Shown here one piece after another: positions 36,288 to 40,661 of a stretch of DNA of 40,661 nucleotides; position 1 is the first letter of the stretch, and the number at the start of each line of letters is the position of its first letter. Origin of the DNA: Bacteroidales bacterium UBA2716 (GTDB taxonomy: Bacteria; Bacteroidota; Bacteroidia; Bacteroidales; UBA932). The stretch lies in NCBI GenBank assembly GCA_002354005.1, contig DEKS01000148.1, positions 1 through 40,661 of the forward strand, written 5' to 3'. Below the pieces are notes generated by a model, which was given only the letters and a program-made list of their open reading frames with translations, was not told where the DNA came from and searched no databases. A program made the translations under genes and the position numbers.

Positions 36288-37913
36288 ATGAACAACGCAA
36301 TCGTCAATTTCCCGGTGCCGGCCAACGAGCCGGTGAAGGCTTATCTGGAAGGTTCTCCGGAGCGTGTGGCCCTGGACGCCGAGCTCAAACGCCAATACAA
36401 CACGGTGGTGGACATCCCCATCATCATCGGCGGCAAGGAAATCCGCACCGGAAATACCGGCAAGGTGGTTTGCCCGCATGACCACAAACACGTGCTGGCC
36501 ACCTTCCACAAAGTTGGGGAGAAGGAAGTGCAAATGGCCGTGGAGGCTGCCATGGAGGCCCACAAGATTTGGAGCGAGACTCCCTGGACCACCCGCGCCG
36601 CCATCGTCCTCAAAATGGCGGAACTGCTCGCTACCAAGTATCGTCCCATCCTCAATGCCGCCTGCATGCTGGGCCAGAGCAAGAATATCTATCAGGCGGA
36701 GATTGACAGCGCCTGCGAGACCATCGACTTCTTCCGCTACAACGTGCACTTCGCCTCCAAGATTTACGGCATGCAGCCCAAGAACGGCGCCGGCAACATC
36801 AACCATACGGAGTACCGTCCCCTGGAAGGCTTCATCCTTGCGGTTACTCCCTTCAACTTCACATCCATCGCCTCCAACCTGTGCATGACGCCGGTCCTGA
36901 TGGGCAACGTGGCCCTGTGGAAGCCTTCCACCACTTCTACGCTCTCCAACTACTATCTTATGCAGCTGTACAAGGAAGCCGGCCTGCCGGACGGCGTCAT
37001 CAACTTCCTGCCGGGCAGCGGCGCCCTCATCGGCAAGGTGGCTACTTCTTCCAAGTGGTTCGCCGGCATTCACTTCACCGGCTCCACCGGCACCTTCAAC
37101 AGCCTGTGGCGTCAGGCTGGCGAAAACCTGGGCAATTACGTGAGCTATCCCCGCCTGGTTGGTGAAACCGGCGGCAAGGACTTCATCTTTGTGCATCCTT
37201 CCGCAGATGCCAAGGCCGTGGCAACGGCTGCATTCTGCGGTGCCTACGAATTCCAGGGCCAGAAGTGCTCCGCAGCTTCCCGCATGTACGTGCCCAAGAG
37301 CCTGTGGCCGGAAGTGCTGGGCATCATGAAGCAGTATGCCTCGGAGGTGAAGATGGGCGATGTGATGGACCACGGCAACTTCATCAACGCCGTCATCGAC
37401 GAAGCCTCCTGGGACAATATCGACAGCTATATTTCCTATGCGGAGAAGGCCTCCGACGCCAAAGTGGTGATGGGCGGAGGACGCGACAAGAGCGTAGGCT
37501 ATTTTGTGGAACCCACCATCATCGAAACCACCAACCCGCACTTCAAGAGCATGGAAGAGGAAATCTTCGGTCCCGTGCTCACCGTGTATCCCTATGACGA
37601 TGACAAGGTGGACGAGGCTGTGAAACTGTGCGATGAGACTTCCCCGTACGGCCTCACCGGTTCCGTCTTTGCCAAGGACCGCCTGGCCGCGGAGAAGATT
37701 ACCCACGACCTCCGCTATGCCGCCGGCAACTTCTACATCAACGACAAACCCACCGGAGCCGTTGTGGGCAATCAGCCGTTCGGCGGCGCCCGCGCTTCCG
37801 GTACCAACGACAAGGCCGGCGGTGAGTTCAACCTCATCCGTTGGGTCATCCCCAGAGTCATCAAGGAAACCCTGGTGAGCCCTACCGACTACCGTTACAC
37901 CTACATGAAGTAA
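36288..37913 (+). CDS. pruA: L-glutamate gamma-semialdehyde (P5C) dehydrogenase
   Basis: PANEPV, QAEIDSACETIDF, YRPLEGF..TPFNF, FTGST, ETGGKDF, FQGQKCSA, EEIFGP, INDKPTGAVV.QPFGGARASGTNDKAG. Confidence 0.95.
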   Translation: MNNAIVNFPVPANEPVKAYLEGSPERVALDAELKRQYNTVVDIPIIIGGKEIRTGNTGKVVCPHDHKHVLATFHKVGEKEVQMAVEAAMEAHKIWSETPWTTRAAIVLKMAELLATKYRPILNAACMLGQSKNIYQAEIDSACETIDFFRYNVHFASKIYGMQPKNGAGNINHTEYRPLEGFILAVTPFNFTSIASNLCMTPVLMGNVALWKPSTTSTLSNYYLMQLYKEAGLPDGVINFLPGSGALIGKVATSSKWFAGIHFTGSTGTFNSLWRQAGENLGNYVSYPRLVGETGGKDFIFVHPSADAKAVATAAFCGAYEFQGQKCSAASRMYVPKSLWPEVLGIMKQYASEVKMGDVMDHGNFINAVIDEASWDNIDSYISYAEKASDAKVVMGGGRDKSVGYFVEPTIIETTNPHFKSMEEEIFGPVLTVYPYDDDKVDEAVKLCDETSPYGLTGSVFAKDRLAAEKITHDLRYAAGNFYINDKPTGAVVGNQPFGGARASGTNDKAGGEFNLIRWVIPRVIKETLVSPTDYRYTYMK

Positions 37914-37916
37914 GTT

Positions 37917-38777
37917 ATGAAACGTCTTATCCTTCCCGTGGTGGTGCTTGCAGCCCTTATCCTGGGCTGCAAGGGCCCCCAGAAGGCGGTGGAAGTGGAC
38001 TTTGTCACCGCCTTGGGCATTCCGGAGTGTGTTATCACCACACCTCCGGATTCGCTGCATCTGGACCCTTGGTACAAAAAGTATGTGGACGTGAACGGCA
38101 TTCCGCTGTGCAGCTCCCGGCGTTGCCCGGACAGCGCACTGGTAGCCGGTTACAACACCCTGTGGGCCATGACCTCCATGTTGTCGGATGACGTTATGGA
38201 CGCCCTCAGGAAGGCCGGTACCAGGGTTACCATGATGGGCCGGTACGAGGGCACCACGGATGTGCCGGAGCACGCTTATCTTGCGGCGGATACCACCCTC
38301 AACTGGGACTTGAGGGCCCGCGGCCTGGGCGGCGACCTGGAGTTCCCGCTCACCTCCTGCGCGGAGGAGAACGTGCTGGGCTACCAGATAGACAAGTACC
38401 ACGCGGAGGATATCCTCATTCACGAATTCGCCCACAGCATCCACCTGGTGGGCATTGTCCAGGTGGAGCCGGACATCAACGGGCGCCTGGAGGTGCTGCT
38501 GCAAAATGCCATCGACAAAGGGCTGTGGTGGAATACGTACCGTACCACGGACATTGCGGAGTACTTTGCGGAGGGCGTGCAGGACTGGTTCAACGTGAAT
38601 GCGGAGATGGACCATCCTGACGGCAAACACAACTACGTGAACACCCGCGAGGAACTCAAGGAACGGGACCCGGGCCTATGGCAGCTTCTCAGTGAGTATT
38701 TCCCCGCCACGGACCAGCAAATCTCCAAGCACAAGTACGTAAACCTTTGCACCAAAGCTAATAGTCGAACCCGATAA
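37917..38777 (+). CDS. Small HEXXH zinc-metallopeptidase-like lipoprotein (lethal-factor/PPEP- or M90-like zincin)
   Basis: Lipobox LILGC; WDLRARGLGG, ILIHEFAHSIH, EYFAEG third-ligand motif, ELKERDPGLWQLL. Confidence 0.7.
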   Translation: MKRLILPVVVLAALILGCKGPQKAVEVDFVTALGIPECVITTPPDSLHLDPWYKKYVDVNGIPLCSSRRCPDSALVAGYNTLWAMTSMLSDDVMDALRKAGTRVTMMGRYEGTTDVPEHAYLAADTTLNWDLRARGLGGDLEFPLTSCAEENVLGYQIDKYHAEDILIHEFAHSIHLVGIVQVEPDINGRLEVLLQNAIDKGLWWNTYRTTDIAEYFAEGVQDWFNVNAEMDHPDGKHNYVNTREELKERDPGLWQLLSEYFPATDQQISKHKYVNLCTKANSRTR

Positions 38778-40171
38778 TGTTCAGTAAAGAAACCTATATC
38801 TCCCGCCGTGCGGCCCTCCGTGAAAAAGTGGGCAGCGGCATCCTCCTGTTCCTGGGAAACAACCAGGTAGGCATGAATTACGAAGGCAACGAGTACGACT
38901 TCCGTCAGGACAGTTCCTTCCTCTATTTCTGGGGCCTGGACTACGCCGGGCTCTCGGCTGTCATCGACGCAGATTCCGGTGAGGAAATCATCTTTGGCGA
39001 CGAGCTCACCATTGACGATATTGTCTGGACTGGCACCATGCCGTCCCTCTCGGACAATGCCAAACTGGTGGGTGTGGAGAAAACCCTTCCGGTGAAAGAC
39101 CTGAAGGAGTACCTTCGCAAGGCCATGCACCAGGGCCGGAACGTGCGCTTCCTGCCGCCGTACCGTGGAGACCATTACCTCCGCCTGATGGACCTGCTTG
39201 GCATTCTGCCGGAGGTGCAAACTGTCAGGGCGGACGAACCTCTCATCAAGGCTATTGTGGATATGCGTATCCACAAGACGGCGGAAGAGATTGCCGTGAT
39301 TGAGGATGCGGTGGACGTGAGCACCCTGATGCATCTGGAGGCGTACCGCCGCGTGCGTCCCGGCGTTCATGAGGCCCAGGTTGCCTCTTCTGTCCTCAAG
39401 ATTGCCACCAAGCGCCCCGGCGGCCGGCTTGCCTTCCCTACCATTGCCACCGTGGCGGGTCAAGTGCTTCACAATCACGGATTTATCCATACCCTCAAAG
39501 AGGGAGACATCTTCCTGTTGGATGCGGGCGCGGAGAATGCCTACCATTACTGCGGAGACCTTTCTTCCTCCATGCCCGTGAGCGAGCGTTTCACCCGTCG
39601 GCAGGAGGAGATTTACAACCTGCACCTGCGCAGCTTTGATGCGGCCGTGAAGGAACTCCGTCCCGGGAATCCGTACCGCAACGCCCACCTGGCCGCGGCG
39701 GAAACCATTGCGGAAGGCATGGTGGACCTGGGCCTCATGAAGGGAAATCCCCGCGACATTGCGGAGAGTGGCGCCTACGCCCTTGTATTCCCATGCGGCA
39801 CCGGCCACATGATGGGACTGGATGTCCACAATATGGAAAACCTCGGAGAGCAGTACGTGGGATACGCAAACGGGGAGAAGAAGAGCACCCAGTTCGGCTT
39901 CAAGTCCCTGCGCCTTGCACGCCCGCTGGAAAAGGGCTTTGTGTTTACGGTGGAGCCAGGCATCTACTTCATACCTGAACTGATAGACCTTTGGAAGGCC
40001 GAAGGCAGGTTCAAGGAATTCATCAATTATGACAAATTCGAGGCTTGGAAGGGTTTCGGAGGCCTCCGCAACGAGTTGGACTATGTAATCACGGAAACGG
40101 GCGCCCGGGTCCTTGGCAAACTCAAAAAGCCCATGACCCTGGAAGAAGTTTACAACGCAAAACATTCATGA
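38777..40171 (+). CDS. Aminopeptidase P / Xaa-Pro peptidase (M24B), cytoplasmic
   Basis: AMP_N (FRQDSSFLYFWG), LLDAG, GDLS, GHMMGLDVH, TVEPGIYF, GLRNE; no signal peptide. Confidence 0.93.
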   Translation: MFSKETYISRRAALREKVGSGILLFLGNNQVGMNYEGNEYDFRQDSSFLYFWGLDYAGLSAVIDADSGEEIIFGDELTIDDIVWTGTMPSLSDNAKLVGVEKTLPVKDLKEYLRKAMHQGRNVRFLPPYRGDHYLRLMDLLGILPEVQTVRADEPLIKAIVDMRIHKTAEEIAVIEDAVDVSTLMHLEAYRRVRPGVHEAQVASSVLKIATKRPGGRLAFPTIATVAGQVLHNHGFIHTLKEGDIFLLDAGAENAYHYCGDLSSSMPVSERFTRRQEEIYNLHLRSFDAAVKELRPGNPYRNAHLAAAETIAEGMVDLGLMKGNPRDIAESGAYALVFPCGTGHMMGLDVHNMENLGEQYVGYANGEKKSTQFGFKSLRLARPLEKGFVFTVEPGIYFIPELIDLWKAEGRFKEFINYDKFEAWKGFGGLRNELDYVITETGARVLGKLKKPMTLEEVYNAKHS

Positions 40172-40661
40172 AGAATTTTGGCATCAAATATCCGCAGAAC
40201 GACGGCGGAATGAACGCGCGCATCAAACGGCTGCGCCAGGAAAGTATTGAAACGCCCGCCACCCTCACCATTGAGCGGGCCCTGATAGAAACCGCTTTCT
40301 ACAAGGAGAATTATGGCAAGTACCCCACCCCGGTGCTGCGCGCCAAAAACTTCTATGAGATTTGCGCCAAGAAAACCATCTATATCGGCCCGGATGAGCT
40401 TATTGTAGGGGAGCGCGGCCCCAAGCCTAAGGCGGTGCCCACATTCCCGGAACTCACGTGCCACTCTGTGGAGGACCTCCATGTGCTGGACACCCGTGAA
40501 CTGCAGCAGTACAACATTTCGCAGGCCGACATTGACACCTACGAGCGCGAGGTCATCCCTTACTGGCAGGGCAAAACCCAGCGGGAGCGTATTTTCAACC
40601 ACGTTTCCAAGGAGTGGGAGGAAGCCTACCACGCCGGTGTGTTCACCGAGTTCATGGAGCA
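40168..40661 (+). CDS. hypD: trans-4-hydroxy-L-proline dehydratase (glycyl radical enzyme), N-terminal part; runs off the right edge
   Basis: Not in the ORF track. ATGA overlap at 40168; MKNFGIKYPQNDGGMNARIKRLRQES...IERAL...PVLRA...ELIVGERG...PTFPELTCHSVEDL...IPYW...EWEEAYHAGVFTEFME matches the HypD N-terminus as I recall it (PTYPEICCH, EWLAAYEAGMFTEFMEQ). The active-site Cys and Gly lie outside the window. Confidence 0.85.
   Translation, partial: MKNFGIKYPQNDGGMNARIKRLRQESIETPATLTIERALIETAFYKENYGKYPTPVLRAKNFYEICAKKTIYIGPDELIVGERGPKPKAVPTFPELTCHSVEDLHVLDTRELQQYNISQADIDTYEREVIPYWQGKTQRERIFNHVSKEWEEAYHAGVFTEFME

Noticed and set aside
33036-38630. 1864-aa minus-strand ORF
   Set aside because: Antisense shadow of four clear plus-strand genes; no recognisable motifs; expected from strong GC3 bias.
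25654-40661. Collagen or plain arabinan as the main target
   Set aside because: Collagen explains HypD and peptidases but not the arabinofuranosidases. Arabinan explains GH51/GH127 but not HypD or seven peptidases, and no GH43 endo-arabinanase is present. Arabinogalactan-protein cannot be fully excluded.
1-40661. CRISPR arrays, tRNA/rRNA genes, transposases, integrases
   Set aside because: None seen; intergenic gaps are short and no ORF carries the relevant motifs.

Overview
Bacteroidales-type DNA: high-GC coding sequence, TAnnTTTG promoters, SusC/SusD and many lipoproteins. From left to right: (1) a low-GC type II toxin-antitoxin pair, with the PIN toxin cut by the left edge; (2) a separately promoted MacAB-TolC-type ABC export operon; (3) from about 6.6 kb to beyond the right edge, a divergently transcribed utilization locus centred on an unusual regulator. 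This regulator resembles a hybrid two-component system but has lost its phospho-His, ATPase and receiver domains. The left arm carries SusC, SusD, a three-repeat surface lipoprotein, three tandem BACON-HEXXH zinc-peptidase-like lipoproteins and a GH146-like beta-L-arabinofuranosidase. The right arm is one tightly coupled operon: GH127 beta-L-arabinofuranosidase, GH51 alpha-L-arabinofuranosidase, CotH-family lipoprotein, M61 peptidase, GH27 alpha-galactosidase, S9/DPP-IV-like peptidase, P5C dehydrogenase, an HEXXH lipoprotein, aminopeptidase P, and the N-terminus of the glycyl radical enzyme HypD (missed by the ORF track). Both arms share a near-identical TTGGA(C/T) direct-repeat operator at identical spacing from their -7 boxes. 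The enzyme set matches, bond for bond, plant hydroxyproline-rich glycoproteins such as extensin, from surface capture through anaerobic hydroxyproline catabolism. That substrate assignment is inference, and family names come from motif recognition, not database searches.
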